Of a DNA stretch of 64,000 bases, positions 47,662 through 56,984 are shown piece by piece (the first letter of the stretch is position 1; each line of letters opens with the position of its first letter). The DNA comes from Alphaproteobacteria bacterium (GTDB lineage Bacteria > Pseudomonadota > Alphaproteobacteria > UBA828): the NCBI GenBank assembly GCA_965220745.1, contig CBDCQT010000010.1:512001-576000 (forward strand), given 5' to 3'. The position numbers and the translations under genes were made by a program. Below the pieces are notes generated by a model, which saw only the letters and a list, made by a program, of their open reading frames with translations, searched no databases and had not been told where the DNA came from.

Positions 47662-48387
47662 CTAATCTACGAGTCGGGGCAGGATATCGCTCTCGGCGCG
47701 CTCGACGTCCTCGGGGAAATCGATCTCGATCCAGGGCAGGCCGGTGACGTCCTCGAAGCCGAAGGGCGGACTGGCGGCACGGATGACGGCGGCGACGGCG
47801 TCCTCCATGGGGCATTCTCTGCCTCCCTGTTCGATCATCCGCCCGGCAGTTTCGACAAGCGCGATTGCTGTCCGCTCGCCGAGGCGGAAGAAGCCGACCG
47901 ATTCACCGTAGGGCTCGAGCGCGGGATCGATGGTCTTGCCGAAGTCGACGGGAACGCCGCCTGCGACGCCGACCTTGACCGGTTCGTCGCCCGGCTCGTA
48001 GGCGCGGTCAACCAGCAGGCAATCAGCGTGGCGGGTCTCGATCATGGGCGCGAGCACACGGCGGCCGTAGAGCACGTCGCCATCCATGAGAAGGACCGGC
48101 CCGCCCGCCGTGAGCGCCTCCCGCACGCACCAGAGCGTGAGGATGCTGCCCTGCTCGTAGTCCGGGTTGTAGATGGTCGAGACATCGGTCTGGCCCAGTG
48201 CCTCCAGCGCGCGCTCGATCGCAAGCGCCTCGTGGCCGATGCCGATGACCACATCGCCAACGCCGAGCGCGGCTAAGATCGCCAGATGGCGTTCCAGCAG
48301 AGTGCGGCCGCCGAATCGCAACAGAATCTTGGGCTTATCGTGCCCCAGACGCCGCCCCACTCCGGCGGCGAGGATGACGGCGCGCAT
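47662..48387 (-). CDS. Nucleotidyltransferase, phosphocholine cytidylyltransferase (LicC-like) family
   Basis: 'AVILAAGVGRRL...PK', 'LMDGDVLY', 'GESVGF', 'WIEIDFPED'. Confidence 0.88.
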   Translation of the reverse strand: MRAVILAAGVGRRLGHDKPKILLRFGGRTLLERHLAILAALGVGDVVIGIGHEALAIERALEALGQTDVSTIYNPDYEQGSILTLWCVREALTAGGPVLLMDGDVLYGRRVLAPMIETRHADCLLVDRAYEPGDEPVKVGVAGGVPVDFGKTIDPALEPYGESVGFFRLGERTAIALVETAGRMIEQGGRECPMEDAVAAVIRAASPPFGFEDVTGLPWIEIDFPEDVERAESDILPRLVD

Positions 48388-48438
48388 GGCGAAATGTCCG
48401 GCGTTGTCATGGCCCCGTTTCGGGCTATATGACGGCCC

Positions 48439-49122
48439 ATGGTCGAACGCAAGATGGGCGAAAGCGACGAGGGCAGCGGCGAGAGCGCCGAGCCCGCCAA
48501 GGCAAAGCCGCGCCTGGCCTGGGATCAGCGGCTCGCCCGCTGGATGGTGCGGCCGCTCGTGCATACCCCGGTCACGCCGAACCACATCACCACGGTCAGG
48601 CTTCTTCTCGGGCTTGCAGCCTGCGGCCTCTTCGCGATGGGCACGCGGCCGGAGATTCTCTACGCCGCCGGGCTCTTCATGCTCTCCAACTTCGTCGATC
48701 ACATGGATGGCGAGCTGGCGCGGCTTTCCGGCAAGTCCAGCCGCTTCGGCTATCACTACGACAACTACTCCGACGCCTTCATCCACGTGACGCTCTTCGT
48801 CTGCATCGGCATCGGCCTGCAAGACAGCTGGATCGGCAGCTGGGCGCCCTATCTCGGGCTGATCGCCGGGGTCTCGGTCTCGGCGCTCTTCCTCATGTTC
48901 TGGCGGATCGAGCAGCGCGCCGGCACGCGCCAGGCGCGGCAGCCGATGTTCAAGGGAATTCACCTGGAGGACGCGATGTATTTCATCGGTCCCATCACCT
49001 GGGGCGGTGGCCTGATCGTGCTGCTGCTCGCCGGCGTCGCGCTGCCGCCGCTCTACGTTGTCTGGCTTGCCTGGAAGGAGCGCGGGCTGCTGTTCGGCAA
49101 GCCGCCGGAGGCCCCGTCATGA
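48439..49122 (+). CDS. CDP-alcohol phosphatidyltransferase family protein
   Basis: 'VTPNHIT', signature 'DHMDGELARLSGKSSRFGYHYDNYSD'. Confidence 0.92.
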   Translation: MVERKMGESDEGSGESAEPAKAKPRLAWDQRLARWMVRPLVHTPVTPNHITTVRLLLGLAACGLFAMGTRPEILYAAGLFMLSNFVDHMDGELARLSGKSSRFGYHYDNYSDAFIHVTLFVCIGIGLQDSWIGSWAPYLGLIAGVSVSALFLMFWRIEQRAGTRQARQPMFKGIHLEDAMYFIGPITWGGGLIVLLLAGVALPPLYVVWLAWKERGLLFGKPPEAPS

Positions 49123-50105
49123 CGACGCTCGTCACGGGTGCGACCGGCTTTCTCGGCTCCGCCGTCGCCCGCGCGCTGCTCGACGCCGGCCACGCGGTGC
49201 GCGTGCTCACGCGTCAGGGCACCGATACGCGCAACATCGACGACCTCGACGTGGAGCGTGCGATCGGCGACCTCAACGACCGCCCCTCGCTGGAGAAGGC
49301 CGCGCAGAGCTGCGATACGCTTTTCCACGTGGCGGCCGACTATCGGCTCTGGATTCCCGATCCGCCGGCGATCTACCGCACCAACGTGGACGGCACCCGC
49401 GACCTGCTGCGCGCGGCCGCAGCCGCCGGCGCCACGCGCATCGTCTATACCTCGAGCGTCGCCACGCTCGGCCTCAACGCGGACCATTCGCCGGCCGACG
49501 AGGAGACGCCCGTGACCGAGGCCGCCATGATCGGCCACTACAAGCGCTCCAAGTATCTGGCGGAGGAGGCGGTGCGCGCGCTGGTTCGCGACGAAGGGGT
49601 ACCGGCGGTGATCGTCAACCCCTCGGCGCCCATCGGCCCGCGCGACATCAAGCCCACGCCTACTGGGAGGATCATCGTCGACTTCGCGACCGGCCGGATG
49701 CCGGCCTATGTCGATACCGGCCTCAACGTGGTGCACGTCGATGACTGCGCCGCCGGCCACCTGCAGGCGCTGGAGCGTGGTGCCGTGGGGGAGCGCTACA
49801 TCCTGGGCGGCGAGGACATGACGCTCCGGGAGATTCTTGAGTGCCTCGCGCGGCTCACGGGGCGTCCCGCGCCGCGCATCCGGCTCTCGCACCGGCTTCT
49901 CGCGCCGGTGGCCACCGCTGGCGAGGCCTGGGCGCGTGTTGCGGGCGGAGAGCCGCGGCTCACCCGCGACAGCCTGCGCATGGCGCGCAAGATGATGTTC
50001 TTCTCGTCCGCCAAGGCCGCACGCGAACTGGGCTACACGGCGCGCCCCGCCGAACGGGCACTGGCCGACGCTCTCAGCTGGTTTCAGGCCAACGGCTACG
50101 TGTGA
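49119..50105 (+). CDS. hpnA: NAD-dependent epimerase/dehydratase, hopanoid-associated HpnA-like
   Basis: 'LVTGATGFLG', 'FHVAADYRLW', 'GHYKRSK', 'DIKPTPTG', 'YVDTGLN'. Confidence 0.82.
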   Translation: MTTLVTGATGFLGSAVARALLDAGHAVRVLTRQGTDTRNIDDLDVERAIGDLNDRPSLEKAAQSCDTLFHVAADYRLWIPDPPAIYRTNVDGTRDLLRAAAAAGATRIVYTSSVATLGLNADHSPADEETPVTEAAMIGHYKRSKYLAEEAVRALVRDEGVPAVIVNPSAPIGPRDIKPTPTGRIIVDFATGRMPAYVDTGLNVVHVDDCAAGHLQALERGAVGERYILGGEDMTLREILECLARLTGRPAPRIRLSHRLLAPVATAGEAWARVAGGEPRLTRDSLRMARKMMFFSSAKAARELGYTARPAERALADALSWFQANGYV

Positions 50106-50230
50106 ACCCGCTGGCGGCCTGCTGCCGGGATCGATCCTTGCCGCACCCCTTTGGATGGCGCTAGAACCGCTGTCACTGCCCTCCGGGCCGCCATGTCGCG
50201 GCAATCATCAGACCTGACGGGATTAGAGGA

Positions 50231-51199
50231 ATGGAATACGGCTTCAACGTACCCAACGGCGGGCCTCTGGCCGTGCCGGAGCACATCGCGACCCTCGCCC
50301 AGCATGGCGAAAAGCTGGGTTACCGAATCCTCGCGATTCCGGATCACATCGTGGTGCCCAAGGGCATCGACTCGCCTTACCCCTACTCGCCCGACGGCAA
50401 GCTCACCTTTCCCACCCTGCTCGCCGGCGAATGCCTGGAGCCGCTCGCGCTGATGGCCTACCTCGCGGGCGTCACGACCGAGATGCGGCTGCTCACCTCA
50501 GTGATGGTGGTCCCCTACCGGCAACCGGTTCTGACGGCGAAGCTTCTCTCCACCATCGATCTGCTCTCGGGCGGGCGCGCGGTGGTGGGCGTCGGCGCCG
50601 GCTGGATGGCCGAGGAGTTCCCGCCGGTGGATGCGCCGCCCTTCGAGGCCCGAGGCCGGGCGACCGACGAGTACCTGCGCATCTACAAGGAGCTCTGGAC
50701 CGCCGACGCGCCCAAGTACGAGGGCGAGTTCACTTCGTTCGACAACATCCTGTTCCATCCGAAGCCGGTACAGAAGCCGCATCCACCGATCTGGGTGGGC
50801 GGCGAGAGCAAGCCGGCCAAGCGGCGGACCGTGCGCTACGGCGACGCCTGGTTCCCGATCGGCTGTAACCCCCGCTTCCCGATGGACACCATTGGCCGCT
50901 TCGCCGCCGGCCTCGACGACCTCCGCGCGATGGCGGAGGCAGAGGGTCGCGACCCGGCCAGCATCGACATCGCCTTCTGGGCCGTGTGGTACGGCGCCAG
51001 CGAGGAGCCGATCATCACCGACACGGGCGAGCGGATGCTGCTCACGGGCTCGGCGGACCACATCGCGAGCGATATCCGGGCGATGCGCGACCTCGGGGTG
51101 CGCCACCTCGCGATCCAGGTCCTGCGCGAGACCCTCGAGGAAACCCTCGACGTCATCACCGGGTTTGCCGAGGAGGTACGCCCCAAGGCCGACGCGTGA
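50231..51199 (+). CDS. LLM class oxidoreductase, F420-dependent-like subfamily
   Basis: 'IPDHIVVP', 'VGAGWMAEEF', 'PKPVQKPHPPIWVGG'. Confidence 0.88.
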   Translation: MEYGFNVPNGGPLAVPEHIATLAQHGEKLGYRILAIPDHIVVPKGIDSPYPYSPDGKLTFPTLLAGECLEPLALMAYLAGVTTEMRLLTSVMVVPYRQPVLTAKLLSTIDLLSGGRAVVGVGAGWMAEEFPPVDAPPFEARGRATDEYLRIYKELWTADAPKYEGEFTSFDNILFHPKPVQKPHPPIWVGGESKPAKRRTVRYGDAWFPIGCNPRFPMDTIGRFAAGLDDLRAMAEAEGRDPASIDIAFWAVWYGASEEPIITDTGERMLLTGSADHIASDIRAMRDLGVRHLAIQVLRETLEETLDVITGFAEEVRPKADA

Positions 51200-51208
51200 G
51201 CGCGGGGG

Positions 51209-52993
51209 CTACTCCGCCGCAGTCTGCACCCGAGCGCCGGGCTCTGCTACGGTCGCAGCCCTGAGCCGGCGGGTCTCGGCCTCATCGACGTTGCCGGCCC
51301 GATCGAGGGCCACGCGGTAGACGTCGCGGGCGGCGTCGGGAGAGACCCACTTCTCCCGCACGTCGTGGGCGACGCGCTCGGGCTCCCGGGCGTAGGGCGC
51401 TGCGTAACCGCCGCCCCCGGCTGAGATCGAGACCATCGTCTCGCCCGGCGCAACGGCCACCTGGGCGCAGGCATCAAGGGCGACCAGCTCGCCATTGTGG
51501 TTGCGGCGGTACTGACGGGCGACGGCGCCCTGGCCGCCGCCGCGCGCGCCGTTCGCCGGGTTGACCGCGCCGTTGCTGACATAGCCCACCTCGAGCCGGC
51601 AGCCCTCCACCGGGCCGAACTCGACGAAGGCCCCTGCCCCGCCGCGCTGGCGCCCGGCGCCGCCGCTGTCGGTGATGAAGTGGCGCCCCTTCACGGTGAT
51701 GGGGAAGACCATCTCGTCCACCTCGATGGAATCCTGGTAGCAGAGCCCGGCGTTGCCGACGTGAGCGATGGCGATCCAGGCGTCCGTCTCCGGCGCCGCC
51801 GCGCCGGCGCCGAAGCCGAGGAAGACCTGGTTCACGAACAGCGCGCCGCTGCGCGGGTCGGTGCCCGAGATCACACCACAGCTCGGCGGGATCACGCCGC
51901 CGACCTCGGCCATGCCGTGTCCGTCGCCGAGTTCCGCGATGGCGCGCTGCACGCCGTTGGCGATGTGGTCGGCGACATTGGTGGTGGCGACCGAGCATGA
52001 GGTCGGGTGCTCGGGGATGCCCACGACGCAGCCTTGCCTGAGCCTCACTTCGATGCGGCGGAAAGCGCCGGCGTTGGGCGGCACGGTGTGTGGCAGCGCG
52101 TTGAAGATGCCCACCATCGCCGAGGTGCGGGCGCAAGCCTCGCTCATGTTGAGCCCGAAGGGGAGGGAATCGGCGTTGTCCCGCAGATCGACCTCGATCT
52201 GTGCCTCGGCCGGGTCGACACGCACGGAGACGTTGACCGTCACGCCCTCGGGCGCGCCGGGAATGGGATCGTGGGTGCTGGCGACGGTGAGGCTGCCGGC
52301 GGGCAATCCCTTCAGCGCCTCCACCATGCGCCGCTCGCTGTAGTCGAACCACTCGGCCGCGAAGCCATCCAGCGTCTCCCAGCCGACCTCGTCGGCAAGT
52401 GAGAGCACTTCCCGCTCGCCCACCCGGGCGGCACCCAGCATGGCGAGGAAGTCGCCCCACCACTGGTCCGGCACGCGAATGCGCATGCGGCACATGCGGA
52501 CGATGTCTTCGATGGTCTCGTAGCCGCGCTGCACCTGCACTGCCGGGAAGATCAGCGCGCCCTCCTCGTACACGTCGCGGGCGCTGCCGTGATAGGTGGT
52601 GGCGATGGAGTTGCCGCAATCAGCCTGATGCGCCTTGGCGAGCACCGTGAAGCGGTGGCGCCCGTCATCGTCGATCACGGGTACCAGGATCGTGTGGTCC
52701 GCCGGGTGCGAACAGCCGTGATAGGGCGAGTTGTGCAAGAAGGCGTCGCCCCGCCGCAGCGTCGGGTGGAATTGCTTCATCGACGCGGCCATCAGGTCGG
52801 GGCCGCTCAGCACGTGGATCGGCAGGCTCTCGGCGGTCGCCAGCAGGTCGCAGTCGGCAGTGACGATACAGCAGGAGAAGTCGCGCGCCGTGTTGAGCAC
52901 GCCGGAACGGCCCGTGCGGAAGAGCGTATTGGCCATCTTCCGGCAGATGCCCTCGAAGCGCTTATTCAGGATCGCGAGGCGCACGCCGTCCAT
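51209..52993 (-). CDS. Hydantoinase B/oxoprolinase family protein
   Basis: 'RDFSCCI', 'HNSPYHGCSHPAD', 'DVYEEG', 'DSGGAGRQRGG', 'GGGGY'. Confidence 0.93.
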   Translation of the reverse strand: MDGVRLAILNKRFEGICRKMANTLFRTGRSGVLNTARDFSCCIVTADCDLLATAESLPIHVLSGPDLMAASMKQFHPTLRRGDAFLHNSPYHGCSHPADHTILVPVIDDDGRHRFTVLAKAHQADCGNSIATTYHGSARDVYEEGALIFPAVQVQRGYETIEDIVRMCRMRIRVPDQWWGDFLAMLGAARVGEREVLSLADEVGWETLDGFAAEWFDYSERRMVEALKGLPAGSLTVASTHDPIPGAPEGVTVNVSVRVDPAEAQIEVDLRDNADSLPFGLNMSEACARTSAMVGIFNALPHTVPPNAGAFRRIEVRLRQGCVVGIPEHPTSCSVATTNVADHIANGVQRAIAELGDGHGMAEVGGVIPPSCGVISGTDPRSGALFVNQVFLGFGAGAAAPETDAWIAIAHVGNAGLCYQDSIEVDEMVFPITVKGRHFITDSGGAGRQRGGAGAFVEFGPVEGCRLEVGYVSNGAVNPANGARGGGQGAVARQYRRNHNGELVALDACAQVAVAPGETMVSISAGGGGYAAPYAREPERVAHDVREKWVSPDAARDVYRVALDRAGNVDEAETRRLRAATVAEPGARVQTAAE

Positions 52994-53233
52994 CAGCTTC
53001 GTCCTTCTCGTCCGCTCCAGTCCGCCCACCACCTTATGATCCGTGTTGGCCGGGGTCCAACTGACGGCACGCGTGCGTATGGGCCGCCTCAAGAGCCCGT
53101 TGGGCCGCGGCGCTCGCGGGCCGTAAGCGAATGGGGTACCTTGAACAGTATATGCGCTGGCTCTCGGTCGATCTGCAATGCCCATGGGTCTTGCGCGTCC
53201 GATCGGGACCATCTCAACCAGGGAGGTAATGTC

Positions 53234-54322
53234 ATGGTGAAACTGGGTCACAAAATGCGTCGGGCGCTGAGGGCTCCGTTGACGGCGGCCGTCGCGATCG
53301 GAATGGGCGTCGCACTGCTCGCGGGGCTTGGCGCCACGCCTGTGGTGGCAGACGACCCCGTCGCGAACGCCAAGAAGATTCTGGAGTTCGATGCGCGAAA
53401 CATCACGCCGTCTAAAGCCTACCGGATCGCCTATCTGTCCGAGTGCGGCCAGAACCCCTATTGCTCAGCGCGGCGTGCCGGCCTCGAAGCGGCGGCGCAG
53501 AAGTACGGCTTCACTTACAAGCGCTTCGCCGCCAACTTCAATCCGGCGACGCAGATCAAGCAGGTGCAGAACGCGATCACCGAGGGTTTCGACGGCTACC
53601 TGTTCGCGCCGACCGCAGCCGCGCCCGCCTGCTCGATGTGGAAGCGCCATTTGCAGCCGCTCGACGAGCCCACCGTCTCGCTCGATCTGCCGATGTGCGA
53701 AGACGCCGACTATTCCGAGGGGCTGGCGGCGACGGTCACCATGCAGCGACAGGCCTATTACAACGCGCACGTCGATCACGCGCTCGCATCCTGCACTGAG
53801 CCCTGCAAGGTCGCGGCGGTCGGCGGTTTCGTCGGCTCCGACTTGTTCGGCTTCTGGGAGAAGGCCATTCAACAGGGTGCGGAGAAGTTCCCGAATGCCG
53901 ACATCGTCGTGGACCAGCCGGCGAACTTCGACCCGCGCGTGGCCCTGGAGAAGATCCAGAACGCGCTGCTCGCGCATCCCGACATCACGGTGATTCTCTC
54001 GTCATGGGACGACATGTCGCGTGGCGTCGAGCAGGCGGTCGAGGCTGCCGGCAAGACACCGGGCACGGACATCCGCATCTATTCCATCGGTGCGACCAAG
54101 GATGGCATCGCCAAGGTGAAGGCCGGCACCTACAACGAGACGACGGTGTTGCTCCCCTGGGAGGAGTCCTACTACGCCGCCGTCGCGCTGATCGCCGCGC
54201 TCGAGGGCGAGCCGATCAACGGCTACATCAACGAAGCGGACCTGCCGGCGGTCGCGGATGGCCCCGGCACGATCATCATCACCAAGGAAAACGCCGACAC
54301 GATGACCGAACCCAAGTACTGA
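53234..54322 (+). CDS. Sugar-type ABC transporter substrate-binding protein (RbsB-like)
   Basis: GGGAGG RBS, signal peptide, 'NPYCS', 'QIKQVQNAITEGFDG', 'LLAHPDI', 'DDMSRG'. Confidence 0.88.
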   Translation: MVKLGHKMRRALRAPLTAAVAIGMGVALLAGLGATPVVADDPVANAKKILEFDARNITPSKAYRIAYLSECGQNPYCSARRAGLEAAAQKYGFTYKRFAANFNPATQIKQVQNAITEGFDGYLFAPTAAAPACSMWKRHLQPLDEPTVSLDLPMCEDADYSEGLAATVTMQRQAYYNAHVDHALASCTEPCKVAAVGGFVGSDLFGFWEKAIQQGAEKFPNADIVVDQPANFDPRVALEKIQNALLAHPDITVILSSWDDMSRGVEQAVEAAGKTPGTDIRIYSIGATKDGIAKVKAGTYNETTVLLPWEESYYAAVALIAALEGEPINGYINEADLPAVADGPGTIIITKENADTMTEPKY

Positions 54323-54373
54323 GGGCGCCATGCTTTGGGGGCGGGAACGCTGGACCCGCCCCCGCGACCCTTC

Positions 54374-54398
54374 CACGACCGGGACAAGCCCGGTCGTG
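54374..54398. repeat. REP-like palindrome
   Basis: CACGACCGGG-ACAAG-CCCGGTCGTG, same shape as rhizobial CCGGGCTTGTCCCGG repeats; lies between binding-protein and ATPase genes. Confidence 0.7.
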
Positions 54399-54410
54399 AC
54401 GCGATGACGA

Positions 54411-55952
54411 GTGGAGGCACGGATCGACCCGCCCGTGACATCGTCCGCCGAACTTGACGCCATCCGCGTCGAGCGGGTCTCGAAGGCGTTTCCAGGCGTC
54501 CAGGCGCTGAAGGACGTCGACTTCGTGCTCCACGAGGGCGAGGTCCATGGCCTCGTCGGCGAGAACGGCGCCGGCAAGTCGACGCTGATCAAGATTCTCA
54601 CCGGCGCCTATACCGCGGATAGCGGCAGCGTCGAGATTTTCGGCGAACCGGTCGAGCAGCACGGCCCGCGCGCCCAGCAGCGCGCAGGTGTCGCCGCCAT
54701 CTATCAGGAGTTGACAGTCGTCGCTGACATGTCCGCGGCCTCGAACGTCTTTCTCGGCCGCCCCATGCGGCGAGGCCCCATGGTGAAACGCCGCTCTATG
54801 GAACAGCGCTTCCGGGAACTCGGCGACCGTCTCGGGGTCGACATCCCCCCCGGCGCCCGTGCGGGCGATCTCTCGGTGGCGAACCAGCAGATGCTCGAGA
54901 TCATGCGGGCGCTGCAGGCCGACCACCGCATCCTCATCATGGACGAGCCCACGGCGTCCCTCGGGCCCAACGAACGCGAGCGGCTTTACGAGACGGTGGG
55001 GCGGCTCCGGGACGAGCGCGCGTCGGTCATCTATATCTCTCACGATCTGGACGAGGTGCTCAGGCTGTGCGACCGCGTTTCGGTCCTGCGCGACGGAGAG
55101 ATGGTCGCCACCGCCGACGTCGATGCCTGGGACAAGGAGAAGCTGGTCAACACCATGTTGGGGACGGAACTGCGCGCACCGCCCTCCCGCCGTCACGCCG
55201 CCGAGGTCGAGGAACTGTTGCGCGTCGAGGGCGTTACGGTGCCGGGCAAGCTTCAGGACATCTCGTTCGTCCTCCACGCCGGCGAAATCTTCGGCATCGC
55301 GGGACTGGTGGGCTCCGGCAGGACCGAGCTGCTTCGGGCGCTGGCCGGCACCCAGCCCGGTGCCAGCGGGACGCTCACCATCGACGGCCGCACGCAACCC
55401 CTGCCGCGCACCGTCGGGCGCGCATTGGCGCTCGGGATCGCGCTCGCACCCGAAGACCGCAAGGGACAGGGCTTGGTGCTGAGTCAAAACGGCTTCGTCA
55501 ACGTCACGATGACGGACATGCGCGGCCTCGCACCCGGCGCGATCGTGCGCAGCGGGCGACGCAAATCCGCGGCGGAGACCATCGCCGCCTCGCTTGCCTT
55601 CGATCCGCGACGGCTCGGAGCACTGACGGGCACGCTCTCCGGCGGCAATCAACAGAAGCTCGTTGTCGGCAAGTGGCTGCATCGCCGGCCTCGGGTCCTC
55701 CTCATGGATGAACCAACGCGGGGCATTGATGTGGGCGCGAAGGGCGAGATGTTCGCCGTCATGCGCCGCCTCGCCGACGAGGGCATGGCTATCGTCATGG
55801 TGTCGTCGGAACTGGAGGAGGTGGTCGAGCTGGCCGACCGGGTGCTGGTGCTGGCCAAGGGACAGCAGGCCGCGATTCTGGAGCGCGGGGAGTTGTCCCT
55901 GGAGCGCGTCCTCGCCATGACCTTCGGCGTAGAAGGGGAGGCCGCGGCATGA
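54411..55952 (+). CDS. Sugar ABC transporter ATP-binding protein (RbsA-like)
   Basis: 'GENGAGKST', 'MDEPTASL', 'GLVGSGRTE', 'LSGGNQQK', 'DEPTRGIDVGAK'. Confidence 0.95.
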   Translation: MEARIDPPVTSSAELDAIRVERVSKAFPGVQALKDVDFVLHEGEVHGLVGENGAGKSTLIKILTGAYTADSGSVEIFGEPVEQHGPRAQQRAGVAAIYQELTVVADMSAASNVFLGRPMRRGPMVKRRSMEQRFRELGDRLGVDIPPGARAGDLSVANQQMLEIMRALQADHRILIMDEPTASLGPNERERLYETVGRLRDERASVIYISHDLDEVLRLCDRVSVLRDGEMVATADVDAWDKEKLVNTMLGTELRAPPSRRHAAEVEELLRVEGVTVPGKLQDISFVLHAGEIFGIAGLVGSGRTELLRALAGTQPGASGTLTIDGRTQPLPRTVGRALALGIALAPEDRKGQGLVLSQNGFVNVTMTDMRGLAPGAIVRSGRRKSAAETIAASLAFDPRRLGALTGTLSGGNQQKLVVGKWLHRRPRVLLMDEPTRGIDVGAKGEMFAVMRRLADEGMAIVMVSSELEEVVELADRVLVLAKGQQAAILERGELSLERVLAMTFGVEGEAAA

Positions 55953-56968
55953 CCGCGAGCCCGCCCTCGCTGCCGCCGGACGCGCCCGAGAGCCGTGCCG
56001 AACGGGGCGCGAGCCTGCTGCGGCAGTACGGCGGCGTGGCCTTCCGCACCTACGGGATCATCGTCGCCTTCGTGATCCTGGTCATCGTCGTCTCCATCGG
56101 CAATCCCGCGTTCCTCTCCCAAGGCAACATCTTCAACATGCTGTCCCAGTGGGCGCCGGCCGGGATCATGGCGGTGGGCATGACCTACGTCATCCTGACC
56201 GGCGGCTTCGATCTCTCCATCGCGTCGGGCTACTCGCTCTGCGCGGTGGTCGCCGCCGGGGTCGGCATCCTGGTGGACCCGGCCTACGCGTTCCTCGCCG
56301 CCATTGCGGCGGGATTCTTCGTCGGGCTGCTCAATGCCGTGCTCGTGGTCGGCGTCAACATCAATCCGTTCATCACCACGGTGGGCACGGGATTCATCCT
56401 GGGCGGCGTCACCTACGTGGTTACCAAGAACGCCGCGTTCGTGGTGCCGGACATGGCCTTCGGCGATCTCGGCGCCGGCCGTTGGCACGGCTTTCCCTTC
56501 TCCGGAATGATGCTGATCGCCTTCCTCCTGGTCGGCGGGCTGGTGCTCGCCAAGACCGTCTACGGCGAGGCGATCTACGCGGTCGGCGGCAATCGGGAGG
56601 CGAGCCGGCTCTCCGGCATCCGCGTCCGCACCGTGATCGGCAGCACCTACGTGCTGTCCGGCGTCTGCATGGGCGTCGCCGGCACGCTCACGGCGTCCCA
56701 GCTCAACTCGGCTCAGGCCAATCTGGATCCCGTCATCATCTTTGACGTGCTCACCATCGTGGTGGTGGGCGGCACCTCGCTCGCCGGCGGCTTCGGGTCG
56801 ATGTGGCGGACTGTCGTGGGCCTCGGCATCATCGCCACCATCTCAAACGGCTTCGTCCTGCTCGACATCGACGTCTTCTATCAGGACATCATCAAGGGCT
56901 CGATCATCGTCGGCGCACTCGCGCTCGACGTGCTCGCCCGCCGGGTGGCGACGCGCTCCGGCGCGTGA
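55949..56968 (+). CDS. Sugar ABC transporter permease (RbsC-like)
   Basis: 'VILTGGFDLS', 'YAVGGNREASRLSGI', 'VVGGTSLAGG'. Confidence 0.95.
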   Translation: MTASPPSLPPDAPESRAERGASLLRQYGGVAFRTYGIIVAFVILVIVVSIGNPAFLSQGNIFNMLSQWAPAGIMAVGMTYVILTGGFDLSIASGYSLCAVVAAGVGILVDPAYAFLAAIAAGFFVGLLNAVLVVGVNINPFITTVGTGFILGGVTYVVTKNAAFVVPDMAFGDLGAGRWHGFPFSGMMLIAFLLVGGLVLAKTVYGEAIYAVGGNREASRLSGIRVRTVIGSTYVLSGVCMGVAGTLTASQLNSAQANLDPVIIFDVLTIVVVGGTSLAGGFGSMWRTVVGLGIIATISNGFVLLDIDVFYQDIIKGSIIVGALALDVLARRVATRSGA

Positions 56969-56984
56969 GGTGGGGCCGTACCGG

